Shown: positions 1 to 14,115 of the stretch, in pieces
How the letters are laid out: each line of letters starts with the position of its first letter
How positions within the stretch are numbered: position 1 is the first letter of the stretch
Assembly: GCF_009914755.1 (NCBI RefSeq)
Contig: NC_060934.1
Reading direction: 5' to 3' (one strand)
DNA length: 64,000 nt
Source: the human T2T-CHM13v2.0 reference genome, Homo sapiens
Program-made: the position numbers and the translations under genes
The notes under the pieces: model-generated
Seen by the model: the letters and a program-made list of their open reading frames with translations, nothing else
What the model was told of the DNA's origin: nothing
Databases searched by the model: none

Positions 1-710
1 GCATTTGCTAAAGAGATTACAGATGTGACAGATGGATCCAGTCAGCCAGCCATCTCAGCAGAAGCGCTGCCGGCTTGCACCAAAGGGCCCAGAGACAGGA
101 CAGGTGAAGCAAGGCTGTCGTACTCTGGCATTCCACGGGCCAGCAGAACTGTCTGGCATGACTTGTGATATCCTCCAAGGAAAGGGGTGAATGATCCTGA
201 GATGGTACCGAGGCCAGCAGGTCTGCCACTGCCACCATGGGCCCAGCAGGCACAGCCTGGAGTGAGGCTGTTTCCTCCTTGGCTCCAGGGGGTTAGGCCA
301 AGGCAGGGCTGCCTACCTGGGGGTGGGTGATGGCGCATCAGCAGAGAGGACTTAAGTCTTCAATCCCTGGAGCTTGCCCTGCTAGATTTCGGGCTTGCTG
401 GACACTGTGACCTCTTTCTTTCTGAGTTTTCTTTCTTTTGGAAGGAAAGGGGATGCCTGTCCTATGTCTGTCCTATGCCTGTGCCACCATTGTATTTTAG
501 AAGCAGGTCACTGGGTCACAGCTGGAGAGGAATTTTGCCTTAGGATGAATCATACCTCAATCTTCACCCATACCTGATTCAGATGAGATTTAGATAGGAT
601 TTGGGACTTAGAGATGGAGCGGGAATGCATTAGGACTTTGGGGCTGTTAGGATGAGGTGAGTGTGTTCTGCATGTAAGATGGACATGAATTCTGAAGGGC
701 ACGAAGGCAG
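1..710 (+). mobile_element. MaLR (MLT/MST) internal-region remnant, 3' end
   Basis: Resembles the MLT-int 3' end (…ggagaggaattttgccttaggatgaatcatacc…ggacatgaattctgaagggc…), directly abutting an LTR; the 5' boundary is uncertain. Confidence 0.55.
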
Positions 711-1078
711 TGTTGCGGGGCTGAACTTTGTCCCCCTCAAATTCACATGCAAAGCCCTCCCAACCCCTAGTGTTTGAGAATGTAACCATGTCTGGAGATA
801 AGGTTTTTAAAGACCTAATTAAATTAACATTGGTTCATTTGGGTGGGTCCTAACCTAATATGACAGGTGTCCTATAAGAAGAAGAGATCAGAACACAGGG
901 AACAGACAGAAGGATGAGCATGTGAGACTCAGACAGCCACCTGCAAGCTACGGAGAGCAGCCTCAGGAGATACCAGTCTGCTGACAGCTTGGACTTACAG
1001 CCACAAACTGTGGGGAAAAAATTCCCGTTGTTTAAGCCCCTAGCATTTTCATTACAGCAGCTCTTGCAAACTAATACA
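711..1078 (+). mobile_element. MaLR LTR (MLT1A/B-like)
   Basis: Starts tgttgcggggctgaac…ccccctcaaattca and ends …gcagctcttgcaaactaataca, typical MLT1 termini. Confidence 0.75.
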
Positions 1079-2729
1079 CCCTGTAAACTTTATTAAAAGA
1101 AGGAATGAAATCTACATTCTAGGAGCTGCTGGAGATATCTGTGGACATAGATGCTGGTGGAGCTAGAGGCTCCAAGTGATTTTGTGGCACCTGCACAGTA
1201 AAATAGATTTACTATTAGAATTTTTAGAAATGAATACTTCATTCAGTCTTTCCCAGTAAAACCGTGTGAGCCCAGGAATTGGTGGAATTGGACATCACTC
1301 AGCTGAATGGCTGAGGGAAAATCATGACTCCTCGGTAGCCCTTTATGGGGAGAGGAGGTAGCACAAGGCTCACTGGAAGCTGGGGGCCCTGCACCAAGGT
1401 AAAGATGAGCAGAGGCACTGCCGGTGAGTTTTCCCAGCATAACTTCAGGAATAGAGCTGAGATGACACAGCCTGTAGAACAGGGGCCTGGACAGCCACCC
1501 AAGCTGCACTCCCTACCTGCAGTACCTTAGATGAACAATGGGTTCCTTCCACAAATCCCACTTGGGTGTCCCAGAATGAGGGAGGTGCGTGCCAGGAGCT
1601 TGTCCTTCTTGGCACGCTGTGGAAGTCCCCAAGATCCTAGAATCCTCTTTTTCATCCCCAAGTGGGAAAAGAGTCAGTGGCTTGGGCCTGAGGGTGGGGT
1701 GGGAGGCGTTTGGGCAGGAGAAGTCTCAGATATCCTGGGGTGGGCTCCATCCTATCAAGGGCTGCCCTGCTGCATTTTTCTATAATCCCATCACTCAGAA
1801 AGAATATTGCTAACATTTTTATTATATAGAACTTCCCAGTGTTTACATAGATTTTATTTTTACAAAACTGGGCCCATACTGTACGCGTTGTTTTAAACTT
1901 TTTGCCATTTAGCAGTGTGTTAATCTGTGGTTAGCTGGTCTCAGTTTCCTGGCAGAGGCAAACAACCCGAGCTCTCCCTTGGAGCTCCTGAGCAGGGAGA
2001 GGGCTCACAGGTTTCAGCTGGAAACCTTTTCAAATGGGGTTTTTGGTAGTGCTTGTTCTTCTAGGTACCCTTCTTCCTGGCCTCCTGTGTCCCAGCTTCC
2101 TGAAGTGACCTTCCTGGTATTTTTGACCATAGGCTAATCTCCTGCTCAAGAATTATCCAACAGTGAGAACTTGACTGGGAGTCTCCCCATGTACCTTTGG
2201 ACAGAGGGGTTCTGGCTTGGAAGGCAGCTGACTGTGCAGCTGCGTATCTGTGGGCGCAGGCTGAAGAACACTGTACGACGAGTGTCACTGAGACTTGCAG
2301 GCAGAATAGTCAGGGCACCAGGCCATGTGGATAGTCACCAGCACCAGTCAGATGTTAGCTTCAGGCAGACCTCATGTGGGAAGATGGGGCCAAGGGCCAG
2401 CCTTTCTCCCACTCTCACCAACAATCAGTGGTCACAGCATCACAGGCCAGCTTAGAGCAAGAAGTGGCAACCGCTGTGGATGGGGAAAGGACAGTGAAAT
2501 TTCACCATGCAGAGTTCTGTAGGCAAAAATACTGTTAAAAAAAATTACACCTCGAGGTTTGTCTGTTTCTTGTTTTTGTTTTGCACTGTTCCCGTAAATG
2601 TCATTTTCATGTGTAGACAAATCCAAATAAGGAGAAATCAAGTGACTTGTCCAAGCATTGCATGGCACAGAAGGTCACAGAGAAAGAACTTCAGTTCCTC
2701 TGTAGATACCTGGTTTCTGGTGGTGTTTT

Positions 2730-3256
2730 GTTTTTAAATTGTAGTAAAATGTATGTAGCATGAAATTTATGATTGTAGCCATTTTTAAGTATACATTTCT
2801 GTAGCACTAAGTACATTTACATTGTTGTGCAACCATTACCACCATCCATCTCTAGAACCCTTCATTTTCGCAAACTGAAACTCTCCCCCTGTTAAACACT
2901 AACTTGCCATTCCTCCTTCCTCCAGCTCCTGGTGATCACTGTCCTACTTTTTGTCTCTGTGAACTTCACTACTTTCAGGACCTCACACAAGTGGGATCAT
3001 ACAGTCTGTGTCCTTCTGTGTCCAGCATATTTCACTTGCCAATAATGTCCTCAGGGTTGATCCATGTTGTAGTGTGTCTGAATTTCCTTTCTTTTTAGGG
3101 CTGTATAATACTTCACTGGGGGTCTGTGTCCCATTTTGTTTATCCACTCATCCACCCATGGACACTTGGGTTACCTCCACATTGGGCTAGTAAGTGGAGG
3201 CTGTAAGTGTGGCTATGCAGATACCTTTTCAAGACTTTGTTTCTCCTTCTTTTGGG
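2730..3256 (-). mobile_element. Old LINE-1 3' end (L1MB-like)
   Basis: ccatttttaagtatac…acattgttgtgcaaccattaccaccatccatctctagaac…ttatccactcatcc…gacacttggg, the antisense L1M 3' signature. Confidence 0.75.
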
Positions 3257-4115
3257 AAGTGACCCTAGTTTCTAGAAAAGTAGGCAGCATATTAGATGAT
3301 TAAAACAGCTCTTTTTAACATCATTTTAGAGTTCTATTTTCAAGTTGCTGAATTGTACCAAATTGGGTTTTTATACAGTGTTGATCTAGTGTGACAAATA
3401 TTTCTGAAATGTGGTTTTTGTTGGTCGACTTGAATATATTTCTTACAACGTTTTACACCAAAACTGTTTCTTCATAGTTATCTAAATGCAGATAGTAAAT
3501 CCATCAGGCCCATTCTTGGCATCACGTTAGTTTTCTGATAATTTATCACATAGCAAGCTGTCAGTGTCCCTGTAAAAGATGTGCTGCTGCAGTTTGGAAA
3601 TTCAAGTTTTGGAAATTATTTTTATTTTCTAAATCTTTAGAAAAAAATTCATTTTTTGAAAATACAACAGCTCTAAAATCTATTTTCCCAAAGCTTAACC
3701 AGAAACTCAAGCTTGGAGAAGGTTGTTCTGTTTTCCAGGGAACCCTGGGAAAATACCGCCTTGTTCAAAAGCAGCTTCCTCTTGACTTTGCTCGTAGTGT
3801 CTGCCTCCATCTGGAACCATGGTGTCTGTATATCATTTTGGGCAGGATTATCAGGCTGTTCTCTTAGACTTTTCTTCTTACTATTGGGAGAATACGCTTT
3901 GCAGTGACGCCTGTTGACCACCAGACGGCGGTGTGTCCATGGCAGCTCCCAGGTTCACTTGGGATTTGCTCCTTTGACGTTTGACAGTTCTGGCCTTAGC
4001 AGGGCCTCTGACGCTTTCGTTTTGTTGAAGTCTTACCTGGATTCCAGTATTTCACAGGATGATCTCTTATTAAATCTCATTTAAATGAAGCATAAATAAA
4101 AGTTGTTTTAAGTAA

Positions 4116-4312
<197 letters not shown>

Positions 4313-4618
4313 ATTTTTTTTTTTTTTTTTTGAGACAGAGTTTCGCTCTTGTAGTCCAGGCTGGAGTGCAATGGCGCAATCTTGGCTCGCTTCAACCTCC
4401 ACCTCCCGGGTTCAAGTGATTCCCCTGCCTCAGCCTCCTGAGTAGCTTGAATTATAGGCATGTGCCACCATGCCCGGCTAATTTTCTTTGTATTTTTAGT
4501 AGAGACGAGGTTTCACCCTGTTGGCCAGGCTGGTCTCAAACTCCTAAACTCAGGTGATCCACCCGCCTCAGCCTCCCAAAGTGCTGAGATTACAGGTGTG
4601 AGTGACCACACCCAGCCT
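4313..4618 (-). mobile_element. AluS (Sp/Sq-like), full length
   Basis: Complete antisense Alu dimer with the agagtttcgctct diagnostic. Confidence 0.9.
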
Positions 4619-5697
4619 AAATTCTTAAAAACTATGAAATTTAGTACAGTAAATACATTTGGAGCTTGTTATCACTCTTTTCACGAGGCTGTGTGGAAAC
4701 AAGCAGTGACGCTCTTCATCTGATGAAGAGACCGGAATGGGCCTTCCTCGGGCCTCCTTCCTTGCCGCCTGCCCACAGGTCCCAGTGCTCCTTTCCCCAG
4801 CAGCTTCATGTCTCCCCAGAGCCACTGGCCTTGCTCAGCCCCAGCCTCCCCACCCGCCTCCTTACTGTTCTTGTCCTTTGTCACAGCAACTTGAGCTGGT
4901 GTGGAGCCCTCCTCAGTCCTTCATAGCTGAGTGCTATGAGTCACCGGGAACAGCCATAGGGGTCTCGGGACATCACTCAGGACAGGATGGTGCCTGCATG
5001 TGAGGCTCAGACCCAGACCCTCAGCGTTCAGCAGAGTTGGCAGGACATGACTTAGAATGCCGAGGCTGGGATCAGGGTCAGGAGGGTGAGGCCCTGCACT
5101 AGGGCCCTGGCTTCACTCACAGGAAATGGTGACTGTGTGTTTTGGCTGCCTGCAGCAGGTTGGAGGGGACCCACTCTGCCTGAAACACCCCCTCCTCAGC
5201 CCTGGTTCCTCTCCGCCAGAGCTCCATGCTTCCCTCACCTCAGTTCAGCTCTCACTGCTGTGGGAAGCCTTCTGAGATCATGTGCTGGGGGCCAGGCATG
5301 CAAAAGCAGATGTTGCACTTCCTGACTATGAGGAGAACAGCCCAAGAGGCTGAGTTCAGCAGCCACATGCTGCATAGTGTGGGCAAGGACAGGAGGTTTC
5401 CTGGAGGGTGTGCAGTGGGTGGGCACCCTGTGGGTGGGCACCCCTGGGGGCTTCCTGGGGAGAACGTGCTGAATCTGAGTGCATGACCCAGGACCAGTGC
5501 TCCACAGATAGTTCCCTCACTGAGAAGGTTCCCCCCACCCAGAGGAACTATCTAGAAATAAACCTAATTTGAAAGATAGCTGACATGAGAAGTTCTTAAA
5601 GTAGAAGTTTTTGAATTTCTCCCAGCATTCCATCAACATGTAGATGGGTTGGCAGGGTGGATCTTAGCACCTCCTCTCCCAACCTACCTTTTTAGTT

Positions 5698-5888
5698 GAG
5701 TGGTTCTCAGAGTGTGGGCCCGGGGCAAGAGCCTCAGCCTCACCATCATCTGGGAGTTCCTTAGAAATGCACATTCTCAGGCCCCACTGCAGACCTACTG
5801 ATCCCCACAGTGTGAAGGTGGAGCCCCCTGTCTGTTCTAACAAGCCCACCAGGTGATGGGGTGCGTGCTCAAGTGTGGAAACTACTGC
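5698..5888. mobile_element. MER5A (hAT-Charlie MITE)
   Basis: agtggttctca…ttagaaatgcacattctcaggcccca…agacctactga…aacaagccc…caggtgat…aactactg termini and core. Confidence 0.75.
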
Positions 5889-6461
5889 TTCCATTCTTCC
5901 CGGCTTGTGAGTTCTCTTTTTAAGAGACTGAGGCAGAGACTGGACACCCTCCCCCCATAATCCCTGCCTTTTGCCTAAGAAAGCCCCTACACAGTTCCTC
6001 CCTTCTTTTCTCCCTGGAGGTAGGGAGGGGCCACCGAGGAAGCCAATGTCCTCTAGGTCTGCAGAGGCTGAGTGTTTTCCTCTGGGCCCCTGCGGAAGGG
6101 CCCTCACTGGACTCCACGTGGCAGCTCTTGGCTGCTGCATCCACCCTTTGTTAGCAGCCTGTCCTCACGGAGACCTGCAGCCAGAGCCTGCTGTGTGTGT
6201 GTTAGATCTCAGTGAAGTGATTCGCCCTGAAACGCTTCCTGGTGATGATCCCAGTTAACCAGTCCTCATCCTTCTGGGCACCAGATCAAGTGGATTTGGC
6301 TTTTAATCCCAATATGGTGGTCTAACCAGACATTTACTTAGATCACTGGTCTTCCTGGAGGATGCAGTTTTCTGGAGTCTGGTCTCCAGCAACTTGCCTT
6401 GGCAGGCCACGTGGCCTGGTGTGGCAGCTAAGCATAGGCTATTTTTGTCTTTGCTTTGCAG

Positions 6462-6624
6462 GAACGAGCTAGAGCGACAGTTTCTTGAATTGCTGCAGTT
6501 CAACATCAATGTTCCTTCCAGTGTCTATGCCAAGTATTATTTTGATCTTCGTTCTCTGGCAGAAGCGAACAACCTGAGCTTTCCCTTGGAGCCCCTGAGC
6601 AGGGAGAGGGCTCACAAGCTTGAG
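6462..6624 (+). CDS. CCNY: Cyclin Y, penultimate coding exon (163 bp)
   Basis: Acceptor ttttgtctttgctttgcag| and donor GAG|gtaaga; encodes [54 protein letters not shown], the C-terminal part of the cyclin Y cyclin box; earlier exons lie upstream of the window. Confidence 0.97.
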
Positions 6625-6732
6625 GTAAGATGGTTTAAAACAGCGTTTTGTGGTGCAGTGTTGCCAATACATCATCTGAGTACCAGAGATGCATGTGGTC
6701 ACATTGATCATTTCCCCCACTACATGATGTAA

Positions 6733-7081
<349 letters not shown>

Positions 7082-7138
7082 AGCCACTTCATATTTTTAA
7101 TAACCAGTTTAATATCACTTTATACTTAATAAGCAAAG

Positions 7139-7441
7139 GTTTTTTGTTTTTTTGGGTTTTTTTGAGATGGAGTCTTGCTGTGTTACCCAGGCTGGAGTGC
7201 AGTGGCACGATCTCAGCTCATCACAACTCCGCCCCCTGGGTTCAAGTGATTCTTCTGCCTCAGCCTCCCTAGTAGCTGGGACTACAGGTGTGCACCACCA
7301 CGCCCAGCTAATTTTTTTTTGTATTTTTAGTAGAGATGGATGGGGTTTCATTATGTTGGCCAGGCTGGTCTAGAACTCCTGACCTTGTGATCTGCCCACC
7401 TTGGCCTCCTAAAGTGCTGGTATTACAGGCATGAGCCACCA
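7139..7441 (-). mobile_element. AluS
   Basis: Near-full antisense Alu dimer. Confidence 0.9.
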
Positions 7442-9492
7442 CAATTCTATTTTGAAATCAAATATTTTTTAAAACCCTTACCTTTACGGACAGGTTTAAG
7501 AAAATTATGTCCCCCCAAAAAGCATTTCCCGCAATATAAGCCCCTCAAAAAGATACTTCTCAGCATGCGCTTTCATAGGAAAAAGCTGCCAAATGATATT
7601 AACAATTGGGAATCCAAAAAGATTTGATTCTGCTTTTTATTTTTTTTCCAAAATACCTTTTCCATAGCCCAGTTAGAGCTGAGGGCAGCACCACTGGTCT
7701 TGGTCTGGGTTTTGGGCCGTCATTATTAAGCTGTGTAACTTTGGGTCTCATCACAGCATATTTGTATGTGGCTCCGCCTCATATGTTCACCAGGCTCTTC
7801 CCACTTGACCTTTTGGCAGGAGGAAAGGGGACGGGGTGGTAATTAAGCAGGATCCCTGGGGAGAGACCCCTCCTCCAGAGAGGGTGTGCCCCAGCCTTTC
7901 TCCTCTGCACCTTTTTTCCCAATCCTGCCTTGGTCTCATCCCATAGAGTGTTTCCGAGTGGTGGATGGCACTGTCATGTCCCCAGCTTGTGAGGTCTTCG
8001 TGCTGCCCACACCACTGCCCATCCCAGGTGGGATGTTGTCACTCAGTGCAGAGTTGGTGTGGCATCATGATGGCTTGGCCACACGGTGATCTAGAACTGG
8101 GAGAAGAAACCTGTTATGGATTACACGCTTAAGAAAGAAAAATGTTAAATAAAAATTTAAAAAGTAATATGTTAATTCCAAGAAGTAAACCATAGAAAAG
8201 ACTGGATGCATAGCACTGGTTAGAAATAAAAATCCAGTGAGAGTTTCAGAACTCAGCCATGCCCCTGTGATTGTGTGCCAGCCTTTGGAATGGAAAGCCC
8301 ACCCAGTCTCCCAGTTATCATCTATTCGAGGAAAAATGGAAAACCCTCCCTCTGCAGGACTTCCTGAAGGCAAATGTTGTGAAACCTTCGCAAGCACAGA
8401 TGTGAGGTAGAATCTGGCTTTCCCTGAGAGCATGAGCCCCCTCTCAGCCTGTGCTGTGGTCCCTGGTCCCCCTCGTCACCAGCTATGGCTCTAGTGGCTG
8501 CTTCAGTGCTAATGAGACAAGCCGGAGCTCCTGGCAGCTACACAGCTCTGCAGGAAAGTGAGTCTTGTGTTCTCTGCTGAAGAATATCTGGGGCTCTGAG
8601 TCAGTCACCCTGAGAGCACAGGCCGAGGTTGGTGGAGTTGGCACCTGCTGTTCCCTCAGGTTTCTCCGAGTGCCGAGAAGGGAGAGCTCACCTGCTTCTG
8701 GGGCTGCTGTGTCACGGGCCCTAGGGGTTCAGCAGGGCAGGAGAAAAGGCCAGTCATATCCTGACAAGGCTGCTCTTTCTCTTCTCCAAATAATCAAAGC
8801 CTGGGACAGTGGGCTCAGCTTTTACCATCAGCCAGTTCTAGCCACACCCAGTGGCAGCCCTGGGAGAGTTGTTGCCAGAGTAGCATGGTCCCCCGTCCTT
8901 ATCACCAAAGTGTTGATTATCTGCACATCTCATATTTTTGTGATCCCCCTGGGTCCCTCTTTCGGCAACCCTCTAGAGGTGACTTAAGTCCTCCATCCTT
9001 TTCTGTGGAGTCCCTAGCTGGTGGTCTGGCTGCAGCTGTCTTTGCCGCCAGCGGCCGAGCTCTCCTCTCTGTGAGGCTCAGCTCCAAGCCCGTGCTTCAT
9101 GCCAGCCCTGCCAGGATGGTGCTGTTCTTGCCCCGCTTGCAGGTGAGGACGCCAAGGATTCAAAACAGCACGCGTGTGGGTGGGGCCCGTCCCACACCCC
9201 TAGATGGGGAGCCAGCGTTGACCCTGGTCGGGCCGACTGTGAGGTGACACTGTACTGTTATTTCACATCCTGAGAGTCTTTTCTCAGACTGTAAGCTCTT
9301 GGGAAACAAGAGCTGAGTCCACACTCCCTTCGTATCTCCCTGCTGCCAGCAGAGAGCTGGGCTCTGGGCCGGAGCTCCACAGGGGCAGGGGCTCTGCCTG
9401 TCCCTCATGCAGCGCCCTCGGCGCCCAGGACGAGTGAGCAATGGACGCAGATATGGCCCGCCCTGACCCACACTGTCTTTCTTGCCCCTCAG

Positions 9493-9609
9493 GCCATCTC
9501 TCGCCTCTGCGAGGACAAGTACAAGGACCTAAGAAGATCCGCGAGGAAGCGCTCAGCCAGTGCAGACAACCTGACTCTGCCCCGGTGGTCCCCAGCCATC
9601 ATCTCTTAA
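9493..9609 (+). CDS. CCNY: Cyclin Y, last coding exon
   Basis: Acceptor tctttcttgcccctcag|, phase 0 with the previous exon; encodes [38 protein letters not shown] then TAA (9607-9609), including the RKRSASAD 14-3-3 phospho-motif. Confidence 0.97.
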   Translation, partial: AISRLCEDKYKDLRRSARKRSASADNLTLPRWSPAIIS

Positions 9610-12380
9610 CTACGGAGGCCCGCCGGAGGCCACACCATCCCTTAGTTTCTCCTTTAGTTTGAGAAAAGACAGACTTGGGGTGGGTTTGTTTTTGTTTTTT
9701 CTTTCCTTTTCTTTTTTTACGCATAGCTCCGTCAAGCTGCCTGGATGAGCGCCCATGCAGCAAGGCTTGGAGGAAGCGTCAGTGCCCTGGAGATCCCAGC
9801 TCGCTCTCCCCACTGTCAGCAACAGCACTTCCTTCGTGGAGGAAGTGGACTCGAATCCTGGAGGAGGAAATAAAGGGAAAGGGAAGTCGTGGAGAGGCAG
9901 GGAAAATGGTTAAGCAGCCCGGCCCTCTGGAGTCCCCATGGGGGCGGTAGCTGAAGTTGGCGAGCGCAGCGGTGGATGCAGAGCTGGCTGCACCCAGGGC
10001 TGGGCCAGTGTGTCCTGTAAGACTTCTTGCATTCCTTCTGCTGCTTTTTTGGGATGGGGGTATTTTTGTTCATTTGTTTTTGCCCTGTTTTGATTTTGGT
10101 CCCACAGAGCAGGGGATGTAGTTTGTACCCACCATGGCGCAGACTTCCAAATAAATAGTACTGGTCATTTCTCTCTGCACTATTTCTGCGCGCTGTCTTC
10201 TGAGCTTTCTTCCTCACCAGTGGGCTGTGCTTGTTCCATTTCTGTACACCCTTATTTTATACCGTTTTTCTTCAACAATGGCGAAATTGACTGTAGTGCT
10301 GAACCAAAAGTATCCCTTTCCCTCCTTATTCCTCACCCCAAGAACATTCTAGATCACATGGGTGCTTGTGCCTTCCGATTTTCTTGCATTTGTTTTTTTC
10401 CTGACCTGAAGTTGTTGTTACAAAATCAGTCAGACTTTGTGGGCTGAAGGACACGGTGCAGCAGAGGGTGTCCCTGTGAGAGTTCTGCAGAGTGCTGGGC
10501 ATGTGCCTGGAACTACCGAGTAGGAGCCATTTCTTTGTACCCCTGCCTAATCCATTCCTCTCCTTCCAAGTCCATTGTTGCAAGCAATATTCTTCTCAAT
10601 TTTTATATGTTTACTTTAAATCAAAGTTAGTCTATTTGTATAAAATTTTTAAAAAATCTAAAAGAAAAAGAAAAAAAACAAGGGTGGGTTGGGTATTCCA
10701 GTGGGAAGATCATTGAAGGGAAAAATGTTACTATTTACTGAGGTATTTTTCACAGAATGATTGAATTAAAAAAAACTCAACTTGCATTTTCATTGTGGGT
10801 GCTTAGAGAAGTTCTACAAAATTCAAACTGTGAAGGTTTATGCTTCATTAATTATGACCATACTTTTTCATTTTCTGACGATCCCTGATTTCCTTATGGA
10901 CTCAATAAGAATCTTTTATATCAAGTAAAATGAAAGTTGATGATAGAATATCAAATAGTGAATTTGATATGAAATCTAAGAGTGTGAGTCACTTGCATAT
11001 GTAATGCTTTGGGTTTTTGCATATTTTCTTAGGTCACAGTGACAGGTTTCTGAGTTGTTTCCCTTTTCAAGTCTCTGGGAGGCCAGTGGCAGCAGCAGGT
11101 CTGTGTTTCACCTTCTTCCCATGTGAGCTTGGAAAACTTTGGCATCTTAATTAGTCTTGAATCATACACCTGATCCCCAAACATTGCCTGCTCTCAATGA
11201 AACATGCTTTGGAAATGGAAGGGACTCAGAAAGTCGAAATCCCAAGAACTCCAAGCCAAAAGTGTTAGGTTTTAGTGAAATTTGTGTCAGGTATAAGCAT
11301 ACCTGTTTGGGCCAGAATTATTATCACAGCCTTTCTGACCCAAACTTTCAAAAGCAAATAAACAGCATATAAAACGTTAATTATCTTTCCATTGTAATTG
11401 TGATGATCTACTCTGTATGGGTACCAAAATCACCTTCTCTCTTCAAGTCAAAGTTGAATTTAGAACTTTGAATACAGGTCAAAAAATGTAGAAAATATCA
11501 TTTTATATTCCCTAATCTATATAGCTGAAAAAGGGTTGTATTTTCTTAGCTGAATATGAATACCTCTTAAACATAAATTAGTTCCTCTCCAGTGAAGTAT
11601 CTTATTTTACCAATCCATTTCAGGAAAGAGGTTCTGCTGCCGTAAAGGCAGAAATTTTATTTTTATCCCTTTTATTTGAATGAGAGATTTGAAAATCGAA
11701 TTATGTAAATATTTCAATGCATCTGCTATTATTTTGTGGAGTTTATTAAACTACTTTAAAAAAATTGTATAGTCTATTTATTGTATGTATGTACATACAG
11801 TCTGATACCTAAAATTTAAAGTGGATTCCATAAAACCAGACTCAAGTCTTGTTTAGACTACTGAATACTGTTTTAGCCTGTGCCCTGGATTCTACCTCTG
11901 TATAGGAAAATTTTCCATATTCATTAATTAGTGTTGATCTGTATTAATTGGTTATGTTTCTTGCACTAAGGATGTTTAAAACTCCGCTGTAAGTGTAGAT
12001 TTTAGTTTTACTGGCAGGATGAATCACTTGACACATAGGTAGATACTTGAGGTTCATTTTCTTTTCTTTTTCTACATGATGATGAATAGTTATGTTTTCT
12101 TCTCTGATTTGTTCAAAGTTTGCCAAAAGAAAACACAAAACCAGTACAGTACTTACTGATAAATCGTAGTGACTGTAATTTGTTTGTAAGGCGAATTAAT
12201 GCTCTACAATTAAAGCTGGATTACTATTGAGGAACACATTGTCTTAGTGTAGTTTTTGAATGGAAAGTTTTTGTCATTAAGGATGAAGGAAACGACACAA
12301 TTTGTTACTTTAATTTTATATTTGATTTAAACAACAAATAAAGTCATTGGGACAATAAATATATATCCCGATGAATCTTT
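9610..12380 (+). other. CCNY: CCNY 3' UTR (major long form, end approximate)
   Basis: Largely TE-free, AU-rich sequence after the stop codon, ending at tandem AATAAA plus a U-rich downstream element. Confidence 0.75.
12337..12359 (+). terminator. Tandem poly(A) signals of CCNY
   Basis: AATAAA at 12337-12342 and 12354-12359, followed by U/GU-rich ttttgatttgttttacttttc. Confidence 0.75.
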
Positions 12381-12719
12381 TTGATTTGTTTTACTTTTCT
12401 TATTTTTTTTTTTTTAACTAGAAAAAGGGAAAGAAGAAGTCAGGAGTTTAAAACCAAATTGGAGGGCAGATGAGAAATCCTGCCAAGATCGGGATGTGCC
12501 TTCATGCATGAGGTGAGGCCAGAGGTGTGGGCACCTGTACCTGCCTCCTCTTCTGGGCTGGCTTTCCTGTCTGCCTGCTCTCGGGCTTGGGCAGAGCCAT
12601 CTCCATCCTGGGGTTTCCTTTAAGCTAAGCTGAAAGCAAAATTTGGGGAGTGAATGATTTAAACTTTTCCTGCTGCTTTTGGTAACTTCTCACCTGGGGC
12701 CATATTTTACAGATTTGAA

Positions 12720-13034
<315 letters not shown>

Positions 13035-13038
13035 TAAA

Positions 13039-13089
13039 AATAAAACATGATTCTTGGTTATTGTAGGTATTTAATAAATGTTAAATAAA
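13039..13089 (+). terminator. Candidate distal poly(A) signal cluster of CCNY
   Basis: AATAAA at 13039, 13073 and 13084, with a downstream tgtgtttttt. Confidence 0.5.
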
Positions 13090-13544
13090 TATATACATAG
13101 AACAAAGTAGTGCCTGCCTTCCTGCTGTGTTTTTTGAGTTAGTATATTGAGATAAAATTCAACAGGTTTTATGGATGCTGAGTGAACCAGTTCTTTGCAA
13201 GAGCAGTGGTAGAAAGTGGTATTGGCCCTGTGTTCTTGAGCGACTCACAAAAGTATGAGAGCTACTCCAGCAATTGAGAAGTTGCACAATAGAGACCTAA
13301 TAGAACATGTCACTTTCATATTGATACCCCATTTTGTCTGAAACCACTTTATCTCCCTTGATGTCATTGGAGTCAGCATCTTGGGTGGGTCTTAAAGACA
13401 TTATCTTCTGAAAAGTCAGCCATGATGAGGTCCTACCCTTGTTGAAAAAGAGAAGGAAACAAGAAACATGCTCTTGCACTGAGACAGGAACAGGATACTT
13501 AACTTGGGTTTTATATATATATTTATTTTTAAATATATATATAT

Positions 13545-14115
<571 letters not shown>

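Noticed and set aside
5415-5450. 15-bp tandem gtgggtgggcaccc(t/c) with G-quadruplex potential
   Set aside because: Two-copy micro-duplication; the internal ccc runs favour a hairpin, and such motifs are common
6394-6732. 112-aa ORF as a standalone gene
   Set aside because: It is the CCNY exon 6462-6624 plus in-frame intron on each side; canonical splice sites bound the cyclin-like part
9607-9645. Stop-codon read-through of CCNY (TAA CTA C)
   Set aside because: The known motif is UGA-CUAG; UAA is the least leaky stop and the extension would be only 11 codons
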